Shown: piece after piece, positions 23,951-37,043 of the stretch
Layout of the letters: each line of letters opens with the position of its first letter
Numbering within the stretch: the stretch's first letter is position 1
NCBI RefSeq assembly: GCF_902713615.1
Contig: NC_052169.1
Location: forward strand, 17,628,439 to 17,692,438
Source: Scyliorhinus canicula
Lineage: Eukaryota
Reading direction: 5' to 3'
DNA length: 64,000 nucleotides
Made by a program: the position numbers and the translations under genes
The notes under the pieces: generated by a model
Told to the model about the DNA's origin: nothing
Database searches by the model: none
Seen by the model: the letters and a program-made list of their open reading frames with translations, nothing else

Positions 23951-25969
23951 TCACATTTAAAGCTCACTTTTCCACTCGTGCTTTACTAGCAGGAGAAAAA
24001 CGGGAAGGAGTCTGTGTCGCACAAACCAACGGCTAAACGGGCAGAAAAGGCATCAGCAGTTTGCAGGGTTGGGAGGGAGCACGGTTAGAAGGGCAGTGAG
24101 CATTTATATGATACAGCCTTGATGTTTCAAAGCCCTTCACAGCCAATCAGGTTCCTTAGGAAGCGGAGTCACCATGGCAGAATAGAGCATGGCTGTAATT
24201 CCGAGCGATCTGAATCCTAATGAAGACCCTTGCGGCATGTATCTCTGATTGTCTTTTTTTTGAAGTGCAGCTGTTTTGAGCATGGAAGAGCCGAGCAGAG
24301 ATTAAATATTGAGACATCTGTTTATTAAGGCATTGTGACATGTCCTTAATGAAGGTTTAGGCATGGCAGTGACAGTAACAGATGGCAAACCTGATGTAAC
24401 CTCAAACACACATTAACCCGATTGGGAGAAGCTTGCAGTAAATGACATTGGCTGCTGCCACGGCATTTAACAGAGCAGTGATTAAAAATATAGAAAAAGA
24501 GCAAAATCCGTCCAGTTTTCCTTCCGCCATCCTGGTAGTGACATGATGCAACAAAATCGGATTTGTTGCCAAATCCAAACGATCAATCACAATTATTCTA
24601 CCACTGAAACAGACATGAGGTGAGGAAAACGTCCCAGTGGTCGAGAACTCTGGCAACCACAAGTAATCTGTTCCTCTCAAGCCATGTGATACTTGCAAAT
24701 GCAAATCCACATGGCAGGTTTCAAATTAATCAGCACTCCCTCTTCCAATGTCTCTCTTGGGAGCATGTTTCTAGATTGAAAACACTTCTGCTGAAATAAT
24801 ATTTCCACAGATTATTTTCGAATTCCAACTTCATTAACTCTTTCAGTATGTTCCCGAAATTTAAAAAAAAAATTTTAGAATACCCAATTCATTTTTTCCA
24901 ATTAAGGGGCAATTTAACGTGGCCAATCCACCTACCCTGCACATCTTTGGGTTGTTGGGGTGAAACGCACGCAAACACTGGGAGAATGTGCTAACTCCAC
25001 ATGGACAGTGACCCAGAGCCGGGATCGAACCTGGGACCTCGGCACCATGAGACTGCAGTGCTAACCACTGAGCCACCGTGCTGCCAGTGACATTTTTAAC
25101 TTCATCCCTGTCCTCCTCAGAATCTAGCTCTCTGCAGCAGGCTGAACTGTTCCCCACTGAACTGTACTTGCCTTTTCCTGTCACTTCATATGTTTCAACT
25201 GAGTCAGAGTTTTTAAAAATTCTTACGTCTGGTGTGGACGCCACTGGCTAGGCCAGCGTTTGTTGCCCATCCCGAATTGCCCTTGAGGAGGTGGTGGTGA
25301 GCTGCCTTCTCGAACCGCTGCAGTCCCTGTTGTGTAGGTGCACCCACAGTGCTGTTAGGGAGGGAGTTCCAAGATTTGGACGCAGCGACAGCGAAGGAAC
25401 AGCCGACATATTTCCAAGTCCGGAGGAAGGTGCCTCTTACAGGCCAATTTCCCACCTGAATGTTGACCTGAGACTGTTGTCTAAGGTTCTGGCAAAAAGG
25501 CTGAAGGATATCCTTCCGACGGTTGTTCGGGAGAAACCAGACTGGGTTTATTCAGGGCAGATTCTCCAGCAATAATGTTAGAGAATTGCTGAATGTTATT
25601 CAAGCTCTTCAGAAGCAGGCATTAGATGGGCTGGGCGTCCCCCTGGACGTGGAAAGGCTTTTGATCGGTTGAATGGAATTATTTGATGTATACGTTACGA
25701 GATTCGGGTTGGGCGAGGATTACATTAAGTGGATTCAAGAGTTGGATCATTGGCCTGTGGCAGCTGTGCTCACAAACTGTTTATGGTCGAAGAATTGTGG
25801 GCTCCAGAGAGGGACTAGACAGGGGTGCCCTCTATCTCCTTTGTTGTTTGCACCAGCTATTGAGCCACTGGCGGAGGCCATTAGAAAAACATCCCCTAAT
25901 ATCAGGACTAGAATGTGAGGGCGAGGCAGCACAAGATCACGCTTTATGCGGATAATGTGCGGCAGTTTC

Positions 25970-26325
25970 ATAGATTATCATAGAATTTACAGTGCAGTAG
26001 GAGGCCATTCAGCCCATCGAGTCTGCACCGGCTCTTGGAAAGACCACCCTAAGCGAGGTCAACACTTCTACCCTATCCTCATAACCCAGTAACCCCACCC
26101 AACACTAAGTGTGTGTTTTGAACACTAAGGGCAATTGATCATGGCCAATCCACCTAACCTGCACATCTTTGGACTGTGGGAGGAAACCGGAGCACCCGGA
26201 GGAAACCCACGCACACACGGGGAGGATGTGCAGACTCCGCACAGACAGTGACCCAAGCCGGAATCGAACCTAGGACCCTGGAGCTGTGAAGCAATTGTGC
26301 TATCCACAATGCTACCGTGCTGCCG
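25970..26325 (-). mobile_element. HE1-like V-SINE with CR1-type tail
   Basis: Tail ...GCACTGTAAATTCTATG; similar copies at 1558, 8977, 10655, 17380, 21900, 50105. Confidence 0.85.
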
Positions 26326-26355
26326 TGTTTGTGTCGAACCTGGGTGTCTCGGTTC

Positions 26356-27175
26356 ATAGAATCACAAAAGTACGCAGTACAGAAGAGGCCCTTCAGCCCA
26401 TCGAGTTTGCACCGACATGTGAAAAACACCTGACCTACCTACCTAATCCCATTTGGCCCATAGCCTTGAATGTTGTGCCAAGTCCTCTTCAAGGTACCTT
26501 TTTAAAGGATGTGAGGCAACCCGCCTCTACCACCCTCCCAGGCAGTGCATTCCAGACCATCTCCACCCTCTGGGTAAAAACGTTTTTCCTCAAATCCCCC
26601 CTAAACCTCCTGCCCCTCACCTCGAACTTGTGTCTCCTCGTAACTGACCCTTCAACCAAGGGAAAAGCAGCTCACTATCCACCCTGTCCATGCCCCTCAC
26701 AATCCTGTCCACCTCGATCAGGTCGCCCCTCAGTCTTCTCTGCTCCAACAAAAACAATCTAAGCCTATCCAACCTCTCGTCATAACTTAAATGTCCCATC
26801 CCAGGCATTCTGGTAAATCTCCTCTGTACCCCCTCCAATGCAATCACATCCTTGCCGACCAGAACTGCTCCAGCTGTGGCCCCATCAAATTCTATACCAC
26901 TCCAACATGACCGCCCTACCTTTGTAATCTATATCTCGATTGAAAAAGGCATGTGTCCCATGTGCCTTTTTCACCACCCTATTAACCTGCCCTGCTTTCA
27001 GTGGTCTATGGACAAACACACCAAGGTCCTTTTGTTCCTCAGAACTTCCCAGTGTCAGGCCATTCATTGAACATTGATTGTCAAATTACTCCTTCCAAAG
27101 TGTACCACCTCACAATTTAGAGGGATAAATTCCATATTCCACTATCTGCCCATTTGACCATCCCGTCTATATCTT
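26356..27175 (-). mobile_element. CR1 3' fragment
   Basis: ALEGVQRRFTRMPGM...RRLRGDLIEV. Confidence 0.85.
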
Positions 27176-28172
27176 CCTGTAAAGGTTCCTGCCATAATTG
27201 GTGTCTTGGATAGATTTAGTGCCCTCTCCGGTTATACGATCCATTTTGCTGAATTTGAGGCCAAGCCGGTGGATGAGTTCAGAGATAAACCTCTTCCTCT
27301 CGTTAATTTCCCCTTTCGCTGGTCCCCCCTTGGGATTTAAGTATCTGGGTGTTTCCATTACCCCTTCCTTCGGGCAGTTATATGGGGCTAATTTCCCTCG
27401 GTTGATTGCGTCTATTAAGTGGGACTTAGCTCGTTGGTCAGCCCTGCCAGATTCATGGATGGGAAGGATAGCCCTGACAGAAATGAATGTGTTGCCTAGA
27501 TTGTTGTATCCTCGGCAGATGCTGCCTGTACTCCTGTCGGCTAGGGTTGTTAAGGAAATTAACAGAATGATTAGTTCATTTATCTGGAACAAGAAGAAGC
27601 CTCACCTTAAGTTAGCTAAGCTCCAACTCCCGGGGGCTAAGGGAGGTTTGGATGTCCTGAATATTAAGCAATGTTGATTGGCCTTTTTAAGGTTCATATA
27701 GGATTGGGTTAGGAAGAACCCTTCGCCATTTGGCTCAATATTGAAGCAGACCAGTTAGTTTTTCCTCTGCAGGTCTGGTTGTTTCATGGTGACTTTAAGG
27801 CAAGTTCTGTTAACATAAAAACATATCCCAGGTTCGTTCCCGGCTCTGGGTCACTGTCCGTGTGGAGTTTGCGCATTCTCCCCATGTTTGCGTGGGTTTC
27901 GCCCCCACAACCTAAAGGGTAGGTGGATTGGCCACACTAAATTGCCCCTTAATTGGAAAAAATGAATTGGGTATTCTAAGTTTATTGCAAAAAAACATAG
28001 AAACGTAGAAAATAAGAGCAGAGGGAGGCCATTTGGCCCTTTGAACCTACTCCACTATTCATTATGATCATGGCTGATCGTCCAACTCAATAGCCTAATC
28101 CCGCTTTTTCCCCATAGCCTTTGATCCCCTTCGCCCTAAGTGCTATGTCTAACTGCTTCTTGAAAACATATA

Positions 28173-28909
28173 GGGTGGGATTCTCCGACGGTTGCCCGAC
28201 GCTGAAATCGGGAACGGCGATCGGGCGGAGAATGGCTCCCGGCGCTGAAATCGCGGCAGGTGCGGTTTGACACTGGGTCACAATGCACAACCCCCCCCCC
28301 CCCCCCCACCCTCCTCCAAATCGGCGACATCGAGATGCAGTCGCAACCCCGTTGGAATGTCATTAGCGAGCCCACCCACGATGCTCTGCCTCCGATGGGC
28401 AGAGTTCCCGATGGCACGAGCCACGTGTGGTCTCAGCAGTCGTGAGCCTGGCAAGGTGGCTGCGGAGAGAGAGAGAGTGGGTGTGCGGACAGTGTCTAGC
28501 ACCGCCACACTTGGCTGAGATCTGTACTGCTGCATGGGGGGGGGGGGGCGTCATCTGTCAGGGCTGGGGGGTTGTGGTGGGGGCTGGCCAGGAGGTGGGC
28601 TGTGGGGTTGAGATGGGCGGGTACGCGGTCCAGCACAGCCAGCGCCATCTTTTCTAGCGCGATCGGTTCATGTTTGGGGGTGTAGGCATGTGCGCGACTG
28701 CAGCTCGTCAGCCCTGCGCATGTGCAGCACGGACCCGGCCATTCTCCAACCGTTTACCACGCGCTCCGTGGGTGTTTCATGCGGCGGCAGTGCTAGCCCC
28801 TCACCGGTAGCAGAATCGGTGTGGGTTTTGTACCGATTTTCCCATCGAGAAACACCATGGATCCTCCGTTGGCATCGACACTCAGCCTCAGGAACAGAGA
28901 ATCCAGCCC
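28173..28909. mobile_element. GC-rich MITE inserted in a CR1 3' fragment
   Basis: GGGTGGGATTCTCC ... AGAGAATCCAGCCC; CR1 sequence resumes on both sides. Confidence 0.82.
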
Positions 28910-29377
28910 CTAATGTTCTGGCCTCAACTACTTCATCTGGTAATGAATTCCGCTGGCTCACCAGTGTCAGTGTGAAGAAATTTCTCCTCCTCTCTGTGTG
29001 ATAATCCTATAATTATTAACACTCTTTTTTTTTTTTTAAATACTTTTTATTGAAGAAATTTTTCAGAGTACAAACATTTTAACCCCCCCTACATTTGAAT
29101 TATATCAAAACAAAGTCAAACCCCCCTACTTAACAAGAATCCCCCCCACCCCCTACCCGCGTGCCCCCCCCCGCCTCCCCCCCCCCCGCCGACGAACCGG
29201 CCGCCCGACCATCTTGTCATTTCTGGCAGTGTCCTCGGGCAGGCCTTGCCCGTGACACCACCGATACCGTGTTTCCTTCGTTGCTATCCCCCCCTCTCCC
29301 CTCCCCCACACCCTCCCCCCCCCCCTCCCTCCCGCCCTCCCCTCCCCTCCCGGTTGCTGCTGTCACGACCTCAGTTT

Positions 29378-32300
29378 CTATCTCTGATCTAAGAGGTCCA
29401 GGAAGGGTTGCCATCGCCTGAAAAACCCCTGCACCGACCCTCTCAGGGCGAATTTGATTCTTTCCAATTGGATGAAGTTTGCCATGTCGTTTAACCAGGT
29501 GTTAACACTTGGAGGTCTTGCGTCCCTCCACTGAATCAAGATCCTCCTCCGAGCCACCAAGGACGCAAAGGCTACTATTCCAGCCTCCCTCGCCTCCTGT
29601 ACCCCCGGCTCTACCCCAACCCCGAAGATCGCAAGTCCCCATCCTGGCTTGACCCTGGACCCCACCACTCTCGACACCGTCCCTGCCACCCCCCTTCCAG
29701 AACTCCTCCAGTGCCGGACATGCCCAAAACATGTGTGCATGATTCGCAGGGCTTCCCGAACATCTGACACACCTGTCTTCACCCCCGAAAAACCGACTCA
29801 TCCTTGTCCCCGTCATGTGGGCTCTATGCAGTACCTTAAATTGAATGAGACTCAGTCTCGCACATGACGACGACGAGTTGACCCTCTCTAGGGCGTCTGC
29901 CCATGTCCCATCCTCTATCTGTTCCCCCAGCTCTACCTCCCACTTGTCTTTCAACTCCACTACTGGTACCTCCTCCACCTCCTGCATAATCTTATAAATG
30001 TCCGAGATCTTCCCCTCCCCGACCCAGACCCCTGATAGCACCCTATCACTCGCCCCCCTGTCGGGAAGCACGGGAAACCCCTCTACCTGTCGTCTGGCAA
30101 ATGCCTTCACTTGGAGGTACCTGAACGTGTTCCCCGGGGGGAGCCCGAATTTCTCCTCCAGCTCTCCCAAGCTCGCAAACCTCCCCTCTATAAACAAGTC
30201 CTTCAGTTGCCTAATGCCCACCCTCTGCCAGCTCAGAAATCCCCCTCCTGTATTTCCCGGTGCAAATCTGTGGTTCCCTCTTAGTGGTGCCCTTATCAAA
30301 CCCCCCACTTCCCCCCTGTGTCGCCTCCACTGCCCCCAGATCTTGAGGGTGGCCGCCACCACCGGGCTCGTGGTATACCTCGTGAGAGGGAGCGGCCATG
30401 GTGCCGTTACCAGTGCCCCTAAGCTTATGTTGCCACAGGACGCCCTCTCCATACGCTTCCAGGCTGCCCCCTCCCCTTCCATCATCCACTTTCGTACCAT
30501 CGATGCATTTGCCGCCCAGTAATATCCTGAAAGATTGGGTAACGCCAGCCCTCCACTATCCCTACTCTGCTCCAAAAAGACCCTTCTAACTCTCGGGGTG
30601 CCATGTGCCCACACATACCCCATGATACTACTCGTTACCTTCTTGAAAAAGGCCCTGGGGAGGAAGATGGGCAGACACTGGAACAAAAACAAGAACCTCG
30701 GGAGGACCGTCATTTTAACTGACTGCACCCTCCCTGCCAGCGACAGCGGCACCATGTCCCACCTCTTAAACTCCTCCTCCATCTGTTCCACCAGCCTAGA
30801 GAAGTTCAGCTTGTGGAGGGTCCCCCAGTTCTTTGCCACCTGCACCCCCAAGTACCTGAAACTTTTTACTGCTCTTTTAAAGGGGAGCCTCCCAATTCCC
30901 TCCCCCTGGTCTCCCGAGTGTATTACAAAGACCTCACTTTTCCCCAGATTTAATTTATATCCCGAAAAGTCCCCGAACTCCGCTAGTATTTCCATAACCT
31001 CCGGCATTCCCCCCTCCGGGTCTGCCACATACAGCAACAGGTCATCCGCATAGAGCGAGACCCGATGCTCCTCCCCTCCCCTTGTCAGTCCCCTCCACCC
31101 CCCTGAACCCCTCAGTGCCATCGCTAACGGTTCAATCGCTAATGCAAAGAGTAAGGGGGATAGGGGACATCCCTGCCTAGTACCTCGATGGAGCCCAAAA
31201 TATTCTGACCTCCTCCCGTTTGTTACCACACTCGCCATCGGGGCCGAATAGAGCAACTTTACCCACTTGATAAATCCCTCCCCAAACCCAAACCTTTCCA
31301 ACGTCTCCCACAAGTATTCCCACTCCACCCTATCGAATGCCTTCTCCGCGTCTAGCGCTACCACTATCTCCGCCTCCCCCTCCACTGCCGGCATCATGAT
31401 CACGTTTAACAATCTCCGGACATTTGTGTTAAGTTGGCGTCCCTTCACGAACCCCGTCTGGTCTTCATGTATTACCCCTGGCACACAATCCTCTATCCTG
31501 GTTGCCAGGACCTTTGCTAACAGCTTGGCATCTACATTTAAGAGGGAGATAGGCCTGTAGGACCCGCACTGGACCGGGTCCTTGTCCCGCTTCAAAATCA
31601 AGGAGATCAGGGCCTGCGACATTGTTGGGGGCAAAACCCCCCCCTCGCGCGCCTCATTAAAGGCTCTCACCAGCACTGGGCCCACCAAGTCCACAAATTT
31701 CCTGTAAAACTCCACCGGGAACCCATCCGGCCCCGGCGCCTTCCCCGCCTGCATCTGGCCTATCCCTTTAATTAGCTCCTGCAGCTCTATCGGCGCCCCC
31801 AACCCTTCTACCAGCTCCCCCTGTACCTTTGGGAACCTCAATTTGTCGAGAAAGTTCTCCATTCCCCCTCTCCTCTTCGGCGGTTCAGACCTATACAATT
31901 CCCTGTAGAAGTCCCTGAAGACCCTATTCACCTCTTGCCCCTTCTGCACTACGTCCCCACCCCTCTCTCTCACTCCCCCAATCTCTCTGGCTGCATCTCG
32001 CTTACGAAGCTGGTGTGCCAGCATCCTGCTCGCCTTTTCCCCGTACTCATACGCCGCACCCTGCGCCCTTCTCCACTGCGTCTCCGCCTTCCTAGTGGTC
32101 AGTAGGTCGAACCTGGCCTGTAAACTGCGCCGCTCCCTCAGTAGCCCCTCCTCTGGTGCCGCCGCATATTTCCTATCTACTTCTAGGAGTTCCCCCACCA
32201 GCCTCTCCATTTCCTGCCTCTCCTTCCTCTCTCTGTGTGCCCTTATGGAGATCAGCTCTCCTCTAATCACTGCTTTCAGGGCCTCCCAGACCGTCCCCAC

Positions 32301-33173
32301 CTGCACCTCACCCGTGTCGTTCGTACCCAGATAGTTCTCAATGCCCGTTCTAACCCTTCTGCACACCTCTTCGTCCGCCAACAGCCCCACATCCAGGCGC
32401 CACAACGGGCGCTGATCCCGCGCCTCCCCCAATTCCACGTCCACCCAATGTGGTGCATGGTCCGATATCGCAATGGCCGAGTACTCCGTGTCCTGCACTC
32501 TCGGTATCAGCCCCCTGTTCAATACGAAAAAGTCTATCCTGGAGTACACCCTGTGGACGTGGGAGAAAAAAGAATACTCCCTCGCCCTAGGCCTACCAAA
32601 TCTCCATGGGTCTACCCCTCCCATCTGCTCCATAAACCCCCTTAACACCTCTGCCGCTGCCGGCCTCCTATTCGTCCTGGAACTCGATCTATCCAGCCCA
32701 GGGTCCAACACCGTATTAAAGTCCCCTCCCATGATCAGGCCCCCTGCCTCCAGTCCCGGGATGAGGCCCAGCAGGCGCCTCATAAAGCCCGCGTCGTCCC
32801 AATTCGGGGCATACACATTCACCAGCACCACATTCTCTCCCTGCAACCTACCCCTCACCATCACATACCTGCCCTCCTTGTCTGCCACCACTTCTGCCGC
32901 CACGAACGACACCCTCTTTCCCACCAGAAACGCCACCCCCCGGTTCTTGACATCCAAGCCTGAGTGGAACACCTGTCCCACCCACCCCCTTCTCAGGCGG
33001 ACCTGATCTGCTACCCTCAAGTGAGTCTCCTGCAACATCGCTACATCAGCCTTCAGTCCCTTCAGGTGCGAGAAGACCCTTGATCTTTTAACCGGCCCAT
33101 TCAGCCCCCTTACATTCCACGTAATCAATCGGATTGCTGGGCGACCCGTCCCTGCTCCCTGTCGATTAGCCAT
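29378..33173 (-). CDS. L1 ORF2p (APE endonuclease, reverse transcriptase, CCHC), one frameshift near 29690
   Basis: TWNVRGLN, LQETH, GGDFN, SDH; LDAEKAFD, QGCPLSP, YADD; CxxC..H....C. Confidence 0.97.
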
Positions 33174-33233
33174 GTTCTGTCCCTTGCTCGCCCCGGGTCA
33201 TCCCTCCCTTTCTGACCCGTTTCCCATAGCGAT

Positions 33234-33268
<35 letters not shown>

Positions 33269-34200
33269 AGCTCTCCCCTTCTCGTCCCTGGTCTTTCCAG
33301 CAGCAACCCGTATCTCCCCCTAACCCCCCTCCCCCCCTCCCCCCCCCTGGCTAGGACCCCTCCTAGCCGCGATGTGCCCAACATCGTACTCCCGAGAGTC
33401 AGCTGATCTCCGCTGACCCGGCTGCTCCTGCCACACTCCGACTCCTCCCGGTTCGAGGGGGGGGGAGGGACCCCCGCCATTCCACTCTGACCCCGCTCCA
33501 GCGCGGGAAAGGCCGCCATTACTGGCCACGCCCCACCCTTCTCCCCTCCTCTCTCCTCCATCCCGCGCGCGGAAAAACAGAGGAAAGCCCGCGCTTTCGC
33601 CCGGCCACACCCCGCCCCGCCATCTTCCACTCCCCCCCATCCCCATCCACGCCCGTGAAGGATCCCCTTAAAACCCCAGAGATAAACCCGCATGATCAAC
33701 CCACTCCCCCCCGTCCCGTCTTCCCAACTTAACAATATAAATACCCAATGGCAACTAAATACATAAATACTTAACTACATACTTAAATAACAAAATACTT
33801 AAATAGCTATCAACTAACAATGTGCTTAACCATCACCCTCCATCAGACAGTATAAATAACCACAGATAACCATAACCAGAGAGGGAAGAAAAAAACAAAA
33901 AAAAAGGGGACCAAACACCCGAAGAAAAAGGGGTAAAAAGGGTAAATGACTAAGGGAAGTTGGAAACGGGAAGAAACACACCATAAGAAGAAAACGACCC
34001 GCAATAGAAATTTCAACAGTTCAAATATACAGAAACACCAAACAACTCGAAACCTTCAAGATATTCAAAAAGTCAAACGTTCAAGAAAAGCCAAGCAATC
34101 CAAGAAACTGTTACCCAGCTCCGACCTGGCCTGAAAAGATAAGGGCCACTTGCTCAATCAAGAGTACCCAGGCGGCTACGACCGCCGGTGCTCCCAGGTT

Positions 34201-35105
34201 TTAGTTCATGTCCAGCTTTTCTTCTTGTACAAAGGTCCAGGCCTCCTCTGGGGACTCAAAATAATGATGTTGGTCCTTGTAGGTGACCCACAAGCGCGCC
34301 GGCTGCAGCATTCCAAATTTGATCCTCTTCGCGTGTAGCACCGCCTTCGTCCGGTTGAACCGGGCCCGCCGCTTTGCCACCTCCGCACTCCAGTCCTGGT
34401 ACACCCTTACCGTCGAGTTCTGCCACTTACTGCTTTTCTCCCTTTTGCCCACCTCAGGACTTTCTCCCGATCACATAGCCGCTGGAACCGCACCAGCACC
34501 GCCCTCGGGGGCTCGTTTGCCCTAGGCCTCCTGGCCATGACCCGGTATGCCTCTTCCAGCTCCAGGGGCGCAGGACCGGCCCCTTCCCCCATCAGGGAGC
34601 TCAGCATCTCCGCAACATATCTCGGGAGATCCGACCCCTCCAGGCCTTCTTCTAGGCCCAGGATCCTCAAATTTTTCCTCCTCATCCGAGTGTCCAGCTC
34701 CTCGAAACGGCTCTGCCACTTCAGGTGGAGTGCCTCGTGCACCTCCACCTTTGCCCCGAGGACCGTGGCCTCCTCCTCCCTCGCGGTCATCTCCTGCTGC
34801 AGCTCTCTGATCGACGCCTCTTGGGTCGCCTGGGCTCCCACCAACCTGGTGGTCGTCGCGTTCATGGACTCTAAGAGCTCCACTTTCAGCTCCGTGAAAA
34901 AACGGAGGAGAGCGGCCTGCTGCTCCTCCGCCCATTTCCTCCATCCCTCCGGAGCGCCGCCGGCCGCCATTTTGATTTTCTTCCCCCGCTTTTTTTTGGG
35001 GAGCTGCTGCCACTTTTCTTGCCGCTCCACTCCGAGTACCGACCATAAAATCGGTCTAGTTCTCCTCAGGGGACCTTCCCCCACCGGGATTCGTCTTTTC
35101 AGCAC
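34201..35105 (-). CDS. L1 ORF1p (coiled coil plus RRM/CTD), one frameshift near 34445; start codon uncertain (ATG at ~34970)
   Basis: RRKNLRILGL, PRAVLVRF, VYQDWS, FGMLQPARLWVT motifs split across two ORF-track frames. Confidence 0.9.
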
Positions 35106-35690
35106 CGTTGGGGCCCTCCAATTGGCCCGAAAACACCTTTGTCGCAGGAGCTTCCAAATGTGCGGCTCAGCTAGTCATAGCCGCAACCGGAAGTCAATTA
35201 TTAACACTCTTAAAGATTGGTCCATCGACTAGAAGGGAGATCTAAACTGACTTCCCTTCTCTCCCCTATCGAGGGCAGTCCAGAGTTTCCACCCAGTCTA
35301 ACCGGCCATGGATTGAACACTCTGAGAGATAGAAGCATTTGTAGGCTGGGAGACCTTTTCAGAGATGCTTCCTTGTGATCCTTTGAGCAGCTATGTCAAC
35401 AATTTGTCGTGTCGCGACACTCCTCTTTTTAAGTATTTACAACTTATAGACTTTATCCTTAACAAGACAATTTTGCATCTTGACTCCTCGATTTCCCCGG
35501 TGGAAAGAATCCTAAAATCTGTGGAGCCTAACTAATTAATCAGCTAGTTCTATGATACTTTAAATTCTAGAACTTGGCAATCATATTGGGCGAGTAGACA
35601 TGGGGTAATATTGGTCTGGTGAAATTTTGGTTTGCAATAAAATAAAGACGACCCAGTTTAAGGGACCGCACAGTTTGCATGTAACGCCTG

Positions 35691-35703
35691 GGGCTGGATT
35701 CTC

Positions 35704-35738
<35 letters not shown>

Positions 35739-36250
35739 ATTCTCTGGATGGCCCGAAGTCCCGCTGCTGTCATGCCGGTCCCGTCGACGGGAATCAAACC
35801 ACCTATCTTACCGGCAGGACCAGGCGGCGCGAGTGGGCTCCGGGGTCCCGGGGGAGGACGCGGGACGATCTGGCCCCGGGCGGTGTTCCCACGGTGGCCT
35901 GGCCCGCGATCGGGCCCACCGATCGGCAGGCGGGCCTGTGCCGTGGGGACACTCTTTTCCTTCCGCGTTCACCATAGTCTTCACGATGGCGGACGCGGAA
36001 GTGACCCCCTCCCGATCACATGCGCAGGGATGACGTCAGCAGCCGCTGACGCTCCGGCGGATGCGCAGACTTCCGTCGGCCGGCAAAGTCCTTTCGGCCC
36101 CGGCTGGCGTGGCGCCAAAGGCCTTTCCCGCCGGCCGGCGGGGCGCCAACCACTCCGGCGCAGGCCTAGCCCCTCAAGGTTAGGGTTTGGCCCCTAAAGG
36201 TGCGGACAAATCCGCACCTTTGGGGCGGCCCAACGCCGCAGTGCACGCCG
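35691..36250. mobile_element. GC-rich MITE (one TIR visible)
   Basis: Starts GGGCTGGATTCTC; interior similar to 50971-51589. Confidence 0.7.
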
Positions 36251-36587
36251 GTGGGTTCTGCTTTGCCACTCTCAAGGATTAGGGTAAGGTGGGTTACCAG
36301 AAATGTCTGATCTCCCCTTGCCGGGCAGACCACGGCAGCATCTTCCGGGCGACCTTTGCCAACCCCTCACCCACCATCCTTCCTGCCGGGCAGTCTGAGC
36401 TCCTGGGGATGAAGCAGCAGTGCCACCTCCAGCTTGGAAAGAGCAGCTGATGATTGAAATCCCCTACCTCAGAGAACTTTAAAGTCAGTGATATAGACGT
36501 CACAGTGGCAAAACCTGCATTCTTTTAGCTTCTACTTACGGGAGATGATATTTAAAAAGACAAATGTGTTTTTTTTTTAAATCGTAG

Positions 36588-36648
36588 ATCCCCTCCACTC
36601 CTGTGAAAACCTGCAGAACCTAAATTTGTCAGGAAACCTAATCAGCAG
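36588..36648 (+). CDS. LRRC61: LRRC61-like exon 4 (DPLHSCENLQNLNLSGNLIS)
   Basis: TAG acceptor, GTAAAT donor, LRR motif, phase 1/2. Confidence 0.9.
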
Positions 36649-36957
36649 GTAAATCAGAAGTTATTTCCTTTGTATAGTTTGTATTGTGTTCTAGGCAGCT
36701 CCATATTTAGTCAAAGCTGCTCCGTTTAGGTGAAATGAAAATCGCTTATTGTCACAAGTAGGCTTCAAATGAAGTCACTGTGAAAAGCCCCTAGTCGCCA
36801 CATTCCGTCGTCTGTTCGGGGAGGCTAGTACGGGAATTGAACCGTGCTGCTGGCCTGCCTTGGTCTGCTTTAAAAGCCAGCAATTTAGCCCTGTGCTAAA
36901 CCAGGTGTTGCAAATTTAGGCGGAGTATTGCTTTTAACTACCTGCACTGTCCTCTAG

Positions 36958-37043
36958 TGTTGATGTGCTTCGTCCCCTCTCTGAGTTGAAGAATCTGGAG
37001 ACAATTCGATTGAAAGACACCGTTTGCAACTTCACCAATCCAG
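36958..37043 (+). CDS. LRRC61: LRRC61-like exon 5 (SVDVLRPLSELKNLETIRLKDTVCNFTNP)
   Basis: TAG/GTAATC boundaries, phase 2/1, LRR followed by the start of the NP cap. Confidence 0.9.

Larger units (their letters stand above)
29027..35195 (-). mobile_element. Full-length young L1-clade LINE
   Basis: 16-bp TSD AATTATTAACACTCTT (29011-29026 and 35196-35211); poly(A) tail with AATAAA; 5' end GACTTCCGG; ORF1 and ORF2 present. Confidence 0.97.
25425..35690 (+). mobile_element. Old degenerate L1 ORF2, fragmented by later insertions (pieces ~25425-25960, 27180-27800, 35212-35690)
   Basis: [36 protein letters not shown] and a degenerate QFK..H motif occur in collinear order. Confidence 0.8.

Noticed and set aside
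29998-35232. Plus-strand ORFs of 130-230 aa over the L1
   Set aside because: Antisense shadows of GC-rich L1 ORF1/ORF2
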